A stretch of 64,000 nucleotides of DNA from a virus (Duplodnaviria; Caudoviricetes). The position numbers and the translations under genes were made by a program. The stretch spans positions 69,444-133,443 of IMG/VR virus record IMGVR_UViG_3300029288_001928; one strand, given 5' to 3'. This document shows, piece after piece, positions 49,134 through 60,381 of the stretch (position 1 is its first letter; every line of letters starts with the position of its first letter). The notes under the pieces are model-generated. The model did no database searches. It was not told the DNA's origin and saw only the letters and a list, made by a program, of their open reading frames with translations.

Positions 49134-49855
49134 TGCAAGAAGTTTGGTTAGGTGATTGTTTGGATCTTATGCCAAACATTAGTAACAAATCTATTAATAT
49201 GATTTTATGTGACTTACCATATGAAGTTACAGCAAGACAAAATTGGGATGTTATTATTCCATTTGAACCTTTATGGTTAAACTATTTAAGGATTATAAAA
49301 GATAATGGTGCAATAGTATTATTTGCTACAGAACCATTTAGAACAAAATTAATTTATTCTAATTTAAAATATTTTAAATATGATTTAATATGGGTTAAAA
49401 ATAAAACAACTGGATTTTTGAATGCAAAAAAGCAACCATTAAGAAAGCACGAATCAATTTTAGTTTTTTATAAAAAGCCTCCAATATATAATCCACAAAA
49501 GTCAAAAGATCATAAACCAGTGAATTCATATACACATAAGGATGGTGAAAGAAGTTTAGTATATGGAAGAACTACTAAATTTAGTGGTGGTGGATCAACA
49601 GAAAGGTATCCTACTTCTATTTTAGAATTTGATGTAGTAAACAATGATGATCCTACTAGAAAACATAGCGCACAAAAACCAGTTGAGTTATTAGAATATT
49701 TAATTAAAACATATACAAACGAAAATGATATTGTTTTAGATAATTGTGCAGGTTCGGGATCAACATTGATATCAGCAAAAAATTTAAATAGACAATTCAT
49801 TGGAATAGAAAAAGAAAAAGAATATTATGATATTTGTATGGAACGATTAAAATAA
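49133..49855 (+). CDS. Orphan DNA methyltransferase (N6A/N4C, beta class)
   Basis: DLPY catalytic motif, H..QKP..L, VLDNCAGSGST. Confidence 0.92.
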   Translation: MQEVWLGDCLDLMPNISNKSINMILCDLPYEVTARQNWDVIIPFEPLWLNYLRIIKDNGAIVLFATEPFRTKLIYSNLKYFKYDLIWVKNKTTGFLNAKKQPLRKHESILVFYKKPPIYNPQKSKDHKPVNSYTHKDGERSLVYGRTTKFSGGGSTERYPTSILEFDVVNNDDPTRKHSAQKPVELLEYLIKTYTNENDIVLDNCAGSGSTLISAKNLNRQFIGIEKEKEYYDICMERLK

Positions 49856-50421
49856 CCTTGACTTTTTAAAATGTAATGTTATACTTCTGAATAAAGAACC
49901 TAAAGGAAGTAAATATGTACGGTGATATAGTCCACAATTCTAAAAAAGAAGTTAATAAGCAGTATCTTGCTATTAATGATGATTATGTTTTGGATATAAC
50001 TAATTGTGACTGGTGCAAATTTGACTATCCTGCTGTTTGTTCTGCCTGTTATTCAAAATTATTAGAAGCAAGAAAAAAGATAAAGGAATAATTTATGATA
50101 ACACCAGAAAATATTAAAATAGATTTAACGATATATCCGAAGGTTGTAGAAGCATTAGCTAATATAGAAAATATCTTAAATAAATTCCAAATTAAACTTG
50201 AGTATGTTATCATTTCTCCTAGTAGTGAAGATAAGGAAGATGAACCAGATGAAATTCACTTTTGTTTTTTCTTTAATAATACGCTTATTAGTGTTGTAGT
50301 ATATATTCCCGATGGATATTCAATAGTTAGTGGAACATTTCAAGGAAAATTAGATACAAAAGAATTTAATGCTTTCAGTGACGAGTTATCAACAATTTTA
50401 TCTTCTATAAAAGAATAAATT

Positions 50422-50787
50422 ATGTTTCATTCAATATCTATTATTGGTGCATTAAATTGGGCAATATACCATAGGTCGGATGTATTAATGATTGTGCCTA
50501 ATAAATATGCAATATCCGATACTATATATAGAATAGATCAAGAATTTAAAAATATTAGACAAAAACAAATGGAAGAAGAAACTATATTAACATTTATAGA
50601 AATTTCATCTGATAATTATATAAAATTTACAAATGGTGGATCTATAACTATTTTGTCTGAACAATATAAAAATAAATTTAGAGGACTTGGATTTGATATA
50701 ATATATGTCCATCCTTGGACCAAACAATATCATATCCCAGACCAAACAATATCTACATGTTTAAGAAAGGGTGGGGTAATTTTTTGA
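50422..50787 (+). CDS. Short protein resembling part of a terminase ATPase domain
   Basis: IKFTNGGSI.I.......RGLGFDIIYV; no Walker A and no Walker-B DE. Confidence 0.4.
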   Translation: MFHSISIIGALNWAIYHRSDVLMIVPNKYAISDTIYRIDQEFKNIRQKQMEEETILTFIEISSDNYIKFTNGGSITILSEQYKNKFRGLGFDIIYVHPWTKQYHIPDQTISTCLRKGGVIF

Positions 50788-51903
50788 ATAAGTATAAAGT
50801 ATTTTTATGGGATTGGTGCAGCCAATGCAAAGATGCATTTATTGTATGCCCATATTGTAAAAATAATACATGTAATGGATGTTTTGGAAATTCTGACGGA
50901 ACAATAGGCGGCAAAAATCCAGATTACGAATGTCCATATTGTAATCTTGCATATCAATATATGCAATTATGCTATAAACATGGGGATTATCCTAAAACAA
51001 AACGACAAATAAATTCTTTTAATAAAAAAATTAAAAAAGAAAATACATATGAGGAATACAAATGAAAAATGTACCAAATGATTGGATAAATCAGATTTGT
51101 GATAATATAATGAAAAGAGTTGATAATTTTTATGACTTGACAACAGATCAATTAAAAGATGGTATATTAGATGATATTCAAATGTATTTAAATATGCCAT
51201 TTAATCTTGACTATTATATATCAGAAAAAGCATTTGATAAGTTTAAATCATTTTTTATTTCTATCGTCACACATCAATGTATGACAAATTTTCATCCTTT
51301 AACATGTGGAATAGGTGGAGGAAGTCATACTATATTAGTTCCTAGAATACAAGGTGATATTTGTATGTTAGTATGTCCTACATGTGGATGGATTCAGTTT
51401 AATCCTCCTATAATGTTTTGAAAGGTAAAAAAATGACAAACGAATATATATCATTTTTAGAATACCACATATCTATGGTTACTAATGATATTGTTTTTTG
51501 GAATAATTCTTTAAAAGAAAATTTAGACGAAAAATCAAAAATTTTTATTCAAAATAAAATACAAAAAGCACAGGGATATGTTAATGGACTTAAAGATTGT
51601 ATCCAATTTTATAATATATTAAATAAGGAACACAAACAATGGTGCCATATTCCGAAATCAATATAGGTGATATGTTTTCTAATCCTCTATTCAGGAATTA
51701 TGGAAGAATGTCTGGATTGGAATATGTCGTTGTAGACAAAAAAGAAAATCTAATATTAGTACAAGCAGTTTCAAAAGATGGAAAAGAAGTACAAACCCCA
51801 TTTTGGAAACAATATACTGATAGAATGTTTTCTAATCAATGGAAACTTTCTATTTGACTTTTTTAGATTGTACTATATACTTATTCAAAATTAGGAGATT
51901 TTT

Positions 51904-52353
51904 ATGCGATGTGACATGTTTTCGACAGATTTAAAACAAAAATATTTAAATCCAGATGTACAAATAGCATTAAATAGATATTGTGCATATATTACATATA
52001 ATAGACTTTTTGGACGATATGCTATATATAAGAAATCATTTTCTTTTAAGAAAAAAGTAGATTTTATTACATGGTGTAAAACAAAAGTATTTAATAATAA
52101 ACAATCAATATTGTATAATGAATGTTCATATACAAGAAATTATAGTGGATTTCTTAATACTTTACGTTTTTGTTGTGACTCCGCAACTACTGCATCAGCA
52201 ACTATAACTCTTTCCGATGATGATTTAGAAATATTAAGAGAAATAGATTATCTAGTTTATGATTCGGAAATAAAAAAGAAAATAGAACAGACAGAAAATG
52301 GTATTGAAACATCATACAAAACCGTGTATCATTGGTTATTTGAAAACAAATAG
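51904..52353 (+). CDS. Hypothetical protein, paralog of 53673-54110
   Basis: YKKSFSFKKKVDFITWC versus YKKSFTIFKKVDFLTWC. Confidence 0.7.
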   Translation: MRCDMFSTDLKQKYLNPDVQIALNRYCAYITYNRLFGRYAIYKKSFSFKKKVDFITWCKTKVFNNKQSILYNECSYTRNYSGFLNTLRFCCDSATTASATITLSDDDLEILREIDYLVYDSEIKKKIEQTENGIETSYKTVYHWLFENK

Positions 52354-52367
52354 AAAGAAATTATACC

Positions 52368-52898
52368 ATGTCAAATGAACTCTTTAAAGAAACCGACGAT
52401 TCTTACATTCTTAATATAGAAGCAAAATGTGAATTATGTGATGGTACTGGATTATATGTAGGAATGGCAGAACGAAAGGGGGCAGCAGTTATTTGTCATA
52501 CATGTAATGGAACAGGAAAAGTAAATCAAAAGAAAATATTTAAGAAATTTAAATCAAAATCAAAACGAAAAGATGTTAAACGTGTATTTTCTAGTGCATG
52601 TGGATATATTATTTCTGCTGAAGATGTCACAACAAATGAAGGAATTACTATAGAATTTTCTAAATGTGGATGTTCATATGATGAGTGGTTAAAAGGGGAA
52701 ACACCTAAACCAATTGAAGATTTACATTGTCCATATCTACACACAGGGCAATCTTTACAAAATCAAGAACATCCTCAACATTCTGTTTATCTTGAATTGT
52801 GCAGTAAACATCTTAATTGGGGGAATATTTCTGATTGTAAGTGCTATAAAAATAAACATAAATGCTGGAAAAAGTATTATGATGCTGGCGGAAAATAA
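52368..52898 (+). CDS. Cys-rich protein with DnaJ-type CxxCxGxG zinc finger
   Basis: CELCDGTG...CHTCNGTG. Confidence 0.7.
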   Translation: MSNELFKETDDSYILNIEAKCELCDGTGLYVGMAERKGAAVICHTCNGTGKVNQKKIFKKFKSKSKRKDVKRVFSSACGYIISAEDVTTNEGITIEFSKCGCSYDEWLKGETPKPIEDLHCPYLHTGQSLQNQEHPQHSVYLELCSKHLNWGNISDCKCYKNKHKCWKKYYDAGGK

Positions 52899-53672
52899 AT
52901 TATAATAGGGTGTATCAGAAATTATAAACTATAAAAGGAGGCTATTTTCATGGATTCTATTGATAAATCACTGACAATATGTGTTGTGAGTATTATAACG
53001 ATGTTGATCTGTCTTATTATATGTGGTACTATTACAAGTATCATGAGAGAAAAATACAATCAAGAAAACTCTCACACAAATACACAAAAAATTGAAAATA
53101 AGGATGATTTAAAGATTAAAATGGAATTAAAATGAATATATCAATGGATATTGACCACAATTCCGTACCACATGAACCACCAAGATACTACGGTTATTGG
53201 GCACATCGACCTGGAGGATTCTCTAGGATTACGCAATGCATGCAATGTGGAAATGTTGGACTTTCTGAAGACTGCTCCACGCTAAATTGCTGTTATCATT
53301 GTGGCGGGAACGTAGTTGACGCGGGGGTTGCTAAATGGATTAAGCCAACATATAGTGGTTTCCTTTGGTGGAGAAAGATGAAAACGACTGGCTATTGGAG
53401 TCGTGAATGATATATTCATCTCCATCATCCAATATCTGGACTATTGATACACAACCAATAGTATGTTTTAAACATTGGTTCGGTCATAACCTGTCACCAG
53501 ACGCATCATTTGATTTTTCAAATGTTCCAGTTGAATGCCATGAACCGTTGTTAAATCAACTTATAAATCAATATGAAAATAATCGTAGAATAGAATCAAT
53601 CAAACATCAACCAAAACCATTAATAGAAAAGATTTTATTTTACAAACTTTGGTAATTAAAAAGGAAAATATA

Positions 53673-54110
53673 ATGAAATTAGAAACAACAGTTCATAATA
53701 TAATAAACAAATATATTCCATATAATATAATGGAAATATTAGAAGATTATTTTACTATGATGACTATTAAACCACTTATAGAAAAATACGATTTATATAA
53801 AAAATCATTTACAATATTTAAGAAAGTAGATTTTCTTACATGGTGTGATAAAAGACAAGATTATATTTTTACTAATATTTCATTATGTTCGCGCAGACCA
53901 GCATTTCGTGCTCACAAAGAATTTATAAATAAAATTAAAGTTATGCATGAAAAAATAGGACATTATTGTGGTATATATTTAACAGAAGAAGATGTTGAAT
54001 TAATAGATAACCTCGATTTTATTCTAAATGATCCAGAAGTAAAAGAAAAAATTAGTACTGCGAAAAAATTCGAATATTGGGATTTTATTAAAGAATATAT
54101 AAAAAGATAA
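53673..54110 (+). CDS. Hypothetical protein, paralog of 51904-52353
   Basis: Shared motifs, see 51904. Confidence 0.65.
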   Translation: MKLETTVHNIINKYIPYNIMEILEDYFTMMTIKPLIEKYDLYKKSFTIFKKVDFLTWCDKRQDYIFTNISLCSRRPAFRAHKEFINKIKVMHEKIGHYCGIYLTEEDVELIDNLDFILNDPEVKEKISTAKKFEYWDFIKEYIKR

Positions 54111-55032
54111 TAAGGAATTATACATCAATGTATGAATGTAAAAATGGAAATCATTATTTTTATAATGAATTTAAACAGTTCCATAGAGAAGATGGACCAG
54201 CAGTTATTTTAAAAACCGGAGACACTTTTTATTATTTTAACGGAATTCCATACGAGTTTAAAGACTGGATACTAAAAATAAGAAAAAATGTATTTGTCAA
54301 TTTATGGAATATGTTTTTACACACCATAAAAAAGGATTAAAAATGAAAAAACTAACAATAACAGTTTCCGGTCAAGTTGGAACAGGAAAATCTTCTATAT
54401 GTAGAATCATCCATGACACATTAAAGAAAAAAGGCATTGATGTATCAGTAAAATTGGAGATAGAAGACTTCGATACTGTTACTCCAGAATTAGCAAAGAG
54501 ATGTATTAAACGGTTGAAGAATGAAAAAGATTTTTCTGTACAAATTGTTGAAAAACAAGAAAGACGAGAAATTATAGACAACAGGTTATATAAATTAAAA
54601 AATGAATAAAAAAGGACCATGTTATTTTAGATATAATTTTGATACAGAAGAAAATGATATTGATAATGTTTTTGTTCCATTTGATAATTGGAATGGTTTA
54701 AAAAATACTGTAATATCAAAAAATGAAAAAGAGTTTTTAATAAAAAATTTTTTATTCATTAATGATCCAGCCATTTTCTTTGCTGAATCTATTGTTTTAC
54801 TTGAAAAAAATAAGTGTATTAGTACAAAAAGAAAAACATATAAAACATTAATTAATGACATAAAAAAAGATTTTTATTGTTTATACCGTATTACCGAAGT
54901 TTACAATTCGGATTACAATTCGGATAAAAAACCCCGAAAATGGTATAGAGTTAGCGGTATAGAAATAAATGATTTTATTTCAGTAACTTTATATGATGCA
55001 TGGCAATTTTATACTAGAAATATTGAGGAGTC

Positions 55033-55242
55033 ATGAGAATAATACAAAATAAAATAACATTCGATGGGGAATGTTATTTAAATATTACTATTAAATATTA
55101 CATTGGTAAATATGTTGTAAAATGCAAACCATATATAGCAGATGGATATATTATTGGATTTGGATCTACAAAAAATGATGCTATTTTAGATTTATATAAA
55201 AATTATATAAATCTAATTTTATTTGCTACTGATCCATATTAG
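55033..55242 (+). CDS. Small protein with HicB-like GFGSTKNDAILDL motif
   Basis: Paralog of the 29030-29814 family. Confidence 0.55.
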   Translation: MRIIQNKITFDGECYLNITIKYYIGKYVVKCKPYIADGYIIGFGSTKNDAILDLYKNYINLILFATDPY

Positions 55243-55804
55243 TAGATAAGTGCATAGAACAAGATTCTTCTAGTTGACGTTCAATATTTCCAGAAAGATC
55301 ATAACATTCTATTAATTTCTTTTGATTGAATCAGGAAAATATTTTGATTCTAAATCTTCATTGGTTTCTATAGGAAACCTTTCAAATAAATCTTGGCATT
55401 GTTTACAATCTTTTACAGGACCACATTGATAGTTGCACCAGATGTGATGTTGGTTATTATTAATTTCATTTAAATTTTGTGGTTCCATGTTATTCCTCAA
55501 TGATTTATTTTATAATTTAATCTAGTTGTATTAGATCATCAAATTCTTTTGTTAATCTAAAAATTCCTTTTTGTGGATATTTCCTAGCAGAATCTTCTAA
55601 TGACAGCAAACATGCTCTGACAGAATGAAAAACCTTATCCTGCCTATTGTGTCTAAAACATTCTATTGCCATACAATTATATAACAAAGGTGGCGGAACA
55701 CTAGGATTTGATGCAATATCTTGATAATTTAATGCTTCTATTAATTTTATTTCTTTTTCAGAATATTCGTATGGGTACATAAAAACTCCTTTATTAATTT
55801 GAAA

Positions 55805-55834
55805 ATTCCTCCTACTAAAAATAGTAGGAGGAAT
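55805..55834 (-). terminator. Intrinsic terminator
   Basis: ATTCCTCCTACTA/TAGTAGGAGGAAT stem. Confidence 0.75.
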
Positions 55835-55843
55835 AAGTAAAAC

Positions 55844-56293
55844 TCAATCTCTTACACGTTTTTTGGTTAATACATTTAGTTGATAACAAATTAAATATTC
55901 ACCAGCAGGCATTTCAAAATGATCATGTTCTGGATGACGAATATTAAAAGCCTTATTGCTTTTTACTAAACATCCTACAAGGCTACTGTTGTTTGTAGGG
56001 TTTGTAAATACATCAACACCAGATTCTACTATATGTCTACTACCAGATGTAATTCCTGGTACTAATTGATATCCATCAATACCAACCTCTTCTTCCTTTG
56101 TATATGATTTCAAATTAACTTCTACCGTATCTTTGAATACTTTGATTGAAGTTAGATCATTTACATTAATAACATATACGTCACCTTGCCGTACCCATTG
56201 GGTAGGCAATATCTTGTTGATAACACGCTTTTTGTTCTTAATTACGGCTCCAGTTTTGATGCTGGAAACTACTTGAGTAGCATCTTTAATCAT
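55844..56293 (-). CDS. Conserved protein of the type usually paired with DUF6745
   Basis: RQGDV...G...GSRH...HPEH....P.G.Y...Q........VRD. Confidence 0.7.
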   Translation of the reverse strand: MIKDATQVVSSIKTGAVIKNKKRVINKILPTQWVRQGDVYVINVNDLTSIKVFKDTVEVNLKSYTKEEEVGIDGYQLVPGITSGSRHIVESGVDVFTNPTNNSSLVGCLVKSNKAFNIRHPEHDHFEMPAGEYLICYQLNVLTKKRVRD

Positions 56294-56656
56294 GTTTGTC
56301 TCCTATGATTGTTATTATATATTGTGAATATAGAAAGTCAAATTAAATTTTTATAATTTGTTACTATCATATTATTCCTTTATACTTCTCTAAAACTGTG
56401 TTAAAATCTTTTTTTGATATTCTTTTTTTACATAGGTCGTCAATTTCTACGGCTTTAATATTAAAAGTAATAGCAGGTTCAAGTCTATAACCGAAATCAA
56501 GCGCAAACTTAGCACACACACTTTTATCTTTAAATATTTCGCAAAATGTAACCTTTTGTTTGATAATATTTTTTATAGGTTCCCATAACTCATAATCAAC
56601 TTTCGTTTTTTGAAAATTTAAATCCCATGCAGTTTTACAAATGTTTTTTAAATCCA

Positions 56657-56917
56657 TTATAGTATACCCTTATATTTGTTTAATATATTTTCGATTTGTA
56701 TTTTATTATTCCTAACATTATATTCTAAAATATTTTTAACATTATTCATAATATTACTATTAATATTGTTAAAAACATTATTATTAATATTATGAATATT
56801 AATAATAACAGAATTGATAATATTACTAGTAACAGTATTTCTAATACTATTTCCAATATTATTACTAATATTAACGTTATATTTATTAACACCAAATTTT
56901 ATTAATTTAGAAATCAT
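56657..56917 (-). CDS. Asn/Ile-rich 4-residue-repeat protein
   Basis: NISNNIGNSIRNTVTSNIINSV...; ATGA overlap with the DUF6745-like gene. Confidence 0.6.
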   Translation of the reverse strand: MISKLIKFGVNKYNVNISNNIGNSIRNTVTSNIINSVIINIHNINNNVFNNINSNIMNNVKNILEYNVRNNKIQIENILNKYKGIL

Positions 56918-57807
56918 GATGATGCAATACATCCATCTTCGTTTAATGGACTGATAGATTCGTGTGCTTCCTTGCATGTATTTGCTGTATTTTCTACGTT
57001 CATGTAATATACACGATGTGTGCTACCATCTGTACCGACGAGATATTTGAGACCAGTTCTCTTACTTTGAATTAATGCTCTTGGTGCAAAATTTCTTTCG
57101 TATACATGAACCATATCCATATCCAATACTTCGCTCCCATTGTCATTTAAATAGCGTTCTACACCATATAGATCAATTAATACACGTTTCTTTTCTTCAT
57201 CATCCATATTATCAATTAATTCAAGTGTAATTGAACTATGGTCCATAATCCATTTTTTCTCTAATATAACACCTTCATATGCATATAATTCAGTTCCGTC
57301 TTTAAAATGAATAGCAGGACCATCTACACAATGTAGTAGATTTGTATCATTTAGTTTTAGCCTGTCTGCTTTACGACACATAATTACAGTTTCATTATCT
57401 CCCCACCATACTCCTATTTCTTTGCTTAAACCTTTTAATCCATCTAAAATATCTAATCCATCAATATTTAATTCTGTATCAGAAAAATCATATAAACTTA
57501 GCCATCCTGCATCATATTGCCCCCAACCACTATAATCTATTGTGAATCTAGAACTATTGTAGTCTTCTAAGTCTTTTCCAGTAACTTTCTTATAGCAATA
57601 TGCATTAACGAGAACGACAAATTCTGTAGGTCCATCACATAATATAAACTTTTTTGGTTCCTCAAGCCCACCACGTTTATATGTCATCTTCATATATTCA
57701 ATTGCTTTATCGTCGTTTGTAGGACTAATATCCCAACCAATCTGGCTCCACTTGCGTATATAGTCAGGAAATTTTGCAACCTGTTCAACACTTAGTTCGG
57801 TAATCAT
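56914..57807 (-). CDS. DUF6745-like protein
   Basis: Y...GL..P...DGP, GQYDAGWLS.YDF, LHC.DGPA..F.DG..Y..EG, E.KRV.ID.YG.ERYL, DGST.R.Y. Confidence 0.75.
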   Translation of the reverse strand: MITELSVEQVAKFPDYIRKWSQIGWDISPTNDDKAIEYMKMTYKRGGLEEPKKFILCDGPTEFVVLVNAYCYKKVTGKDLEDYNSSRFTIDYSGWGQYDAGWLSLYDFSDTELNIDGLDILDGLKGLSKEIGVWWGDNETVIMCRKADRLKLNDTNLLHCVDGPAIHFKDGTELYAYEGVILEKKWIMDHSSITLELIDNMDDEEKKRVLIDLYGVERYLNDNGSEVLDMDMVHVYERNFAPRALIQSKRTGLKYLVGTDGSTHRVYYMNVENTANTCKEAHESISPLNEDGCIASS

Positions 57808-58679
57808 TGTATTAATCCTTTAAAAGGTTTATTGAATTCTTTCTGTTCTTCCGTTGTGACGTAAAACTTCACCATGTTCATGTATTGATACATGAGTATC
57901 ATAATATTGCTTAAGTGCAATCTTTATTGCTTTCTCTGCATTCTCTCTATATGTGTTAAACTCATTTTCAATATTTTTTAATTTATTTTCGTATTCTCGT
58001 TTAATATCAGATAATCTATCACTATCGGGTGGAGTATAAAATGCCATTCCATAGCATTCATGAGAACCTTTTACAGTTTTTGCAATACATTCTAATTGGT
58101 TTTGTGTTAAAACAACACCACATTCTTCCGCCGATTCGCTAATACTTTCTTTCCAATAATCTAAACTATCCATTATTCCTCCAAATCTATGTTAATTGAT
58201 TCAAAAACAGGAAATGGTGGGTCATAATAGTTTCCACCTTTTAATGGCATGTTAGGAGTTATATTTACAATTTCTCCTTTTATATCTTTACTACTAAAAT
58301 ATTCAGAAAGTATATTTGATAACTCTTTCTTTGAAATTGTTATGGTCTTACTATTTTTAGAAATCTTCATATCAAATCTCCTAATTGTTCAAAGTATAAT
58401 CGTAAATATTTTAAAGTCAAATTAAATTTTTATACTTATCTAATATCTGGTCAACTTGTATCTTATTATTCAACATATTAATTCTTATACTTCTTTCAAT
58501 ATGAAGTCCATTATTCCACCAAATATTATGTTCTATAATATTTTCTAAATGAGAAAAAATCATATTTTTAACATATCTATCAATAGAATTTTTGTCTATA
58601 TTTTCAGCAAAATCTTTAATATTATAAGAAACGATAACATTGTTTCTAATATAATGGTCTATTTTTGTATTAAACAATT

Positions 58680-59093
58680 TCAAATTCCGATTTGTTTTGG
58701 TAGTTTTCCGCCGGGAATAAATATCACTAATTCTCCCCAACTCCTTAAATCAGATCCGTCTTCTTTATACTTATTTCCAATAGCAGGATCAATAACACTT
58801 ATTCCACTATCCCAATCAAAATGAATTAATATCTGATGATTTAAACCAGGAAAGTTTAAACTAGGAACACATGCAAAATGCCAACCATTGAAAATCAATT
58901 GACCAAATACTAATTGATTCCAAACTATTTTACAGTCTGTTAATATCTTAACAAGGTCTAATCCACCTAAAGGGGATTCTCCCAACCAATTAATCACTTT
59001 TTCTACAGGCTCACCAAGCGCCATAGCTATACATGTATGTACACATGTAGTATTATTTGGCTGAGTCTGTGGTTCTATTCCATGTATCTTCAT
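58680..59093 (-). CDS. Papain-fold (C39-like) peptidase domain protein
   Basis: QP..TTC..TC.AM...VPSLN....H......DP. Confidence 0.55.
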   Translation of the reverse strand: MKIHGIEPQTQPNNTTCVHTCIAMALGEPVEKVINWLGESPLGGLDLVKILTDCKIVWNQLVFGQLIFNGWHFACVPSLNFPGLNHQILIHFDWDSGISVIDPAIGNKYKEDGSDLRSWGELVIFIPGGKLPKQIGI

Positions 59094-60024
59094 TCCTGCC
59101 GACCCTTTATAACAATCCCACTCTTGTAAATTTCTTCCTTATCTTTCTCAAATCCTTCAATCATTTCTTTGTATAATTCAGTTTTACTATTAAATAATTC
59201 CAATAATCCATCCCGTACCTTTACAGAAAAAACATAATTCCACCAACGCAAACTACACTGAAACACATTATCCTTTACACAATCAATTAATGAGTCCATA
59301 AAATATGGCAAATGGGTCACAGGTAAAGAAAACTTACAATTAAATAATTCTTCTTCTATGTTAGGAGTACTAACATGCATCATTCCACCAAAATCAAACC
59401 CAACTTCATTCGTTTCCTCTACCTTAAACTCATCCCATCTATCAAAACCTTTGTAATTCTGATACTTCATTTTAACTAATTCTAATCCAATATCATCAAC
59501 AAACCACCGTCTAGATGGAGACATTTCATCAATCGGGGTAATAGTGTAAAATTTCATTGTGATTCCTTTAGTATTTTCTTAGTATCAATCATATTTAGTA
59601 AATCATTTGTTTTCATGTTTATATAACATATTCTTCCTGTACTCATACTTATAAAACTTTGATTTTCTCCAAAAGAAGAAATATATATAATATGGTCTAT
59701 ATTAAAATATTCATCTAAATAATTTTCGTTGTTAGGTATATCATCTGACGTTGGTAACTTAATAAATGGTGATTTTTGTTTACATTGATTTTCAATAATA
59801 TTTATCAATGTAGATATTTCAATTTCTAACCTATAGCAATGACATCTACTTTGGGTTACTATAACCGACCGTTTATTGTCTGAATAAATATACCCGATCT
59901 GATCTAAATTAAAATATTCTATTTGATTTAATTTAGTATTAGGTATTTGAATAAATTGAGAAGACATAATGTGCCCTTTATCAATTGAAACGATTATAAC
60001 TATCCAATTTCAAAAGTCAAATGA

Positions 60025-60381
60025 TTAATTTTCTATGATTTGAATAATATCTCTTAGCTTTTTAAGTGAAAGAGATTTTGTATTCTTTCCATACTCAAAT
60101 ATTTTTGAAATCTTTTGACATATTACTCTAGTTTCGCATTCTGTTTCATATTCTTCTTTTGTTTCGTAAAGTAATGAGTCTGCTATATATCCATCATTTT
60201 CCTGATACCAACTATCTATTAAATACTTTCTGTCTGCATAAGATGTGTCAGCAATGCCAGCAATGAAATACTTACGACCAACTTTTTTAACTATTACTTC
60301 CGTTAACACTTGTTCACAATGTCTAGCAGCATTACCTATATTTAAACTATATAGTTTATCACCAACATTTGGCTTTCTCAT
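60025..60381 (-). CDS. Conserved phage hypothetical protein
   Basis: V.KVGRKY motif; own N16 promoter. Confidence 0.65.
   Translation of the reverse strand: MRKPNVGDKLYSLNIGNAARHCEQVLTEVIVKKVGRKYFIAGIADTSYADRKYLIDSWYQENDGYIADSLLYETKEEYETECETRVICQKISKIFEYGKNTKSLSLKKLRDIIQIIEN

Noticed and set aside
54343-54609. P-loop kinase (GQVGTGKS)
   Set aside because: Only about 88 aa; too short to assign a function
54901-54924. 12-nt tandem duplication TTACAATTCGGA
   Set aside because: In-frame micro-duplication with no evident significance
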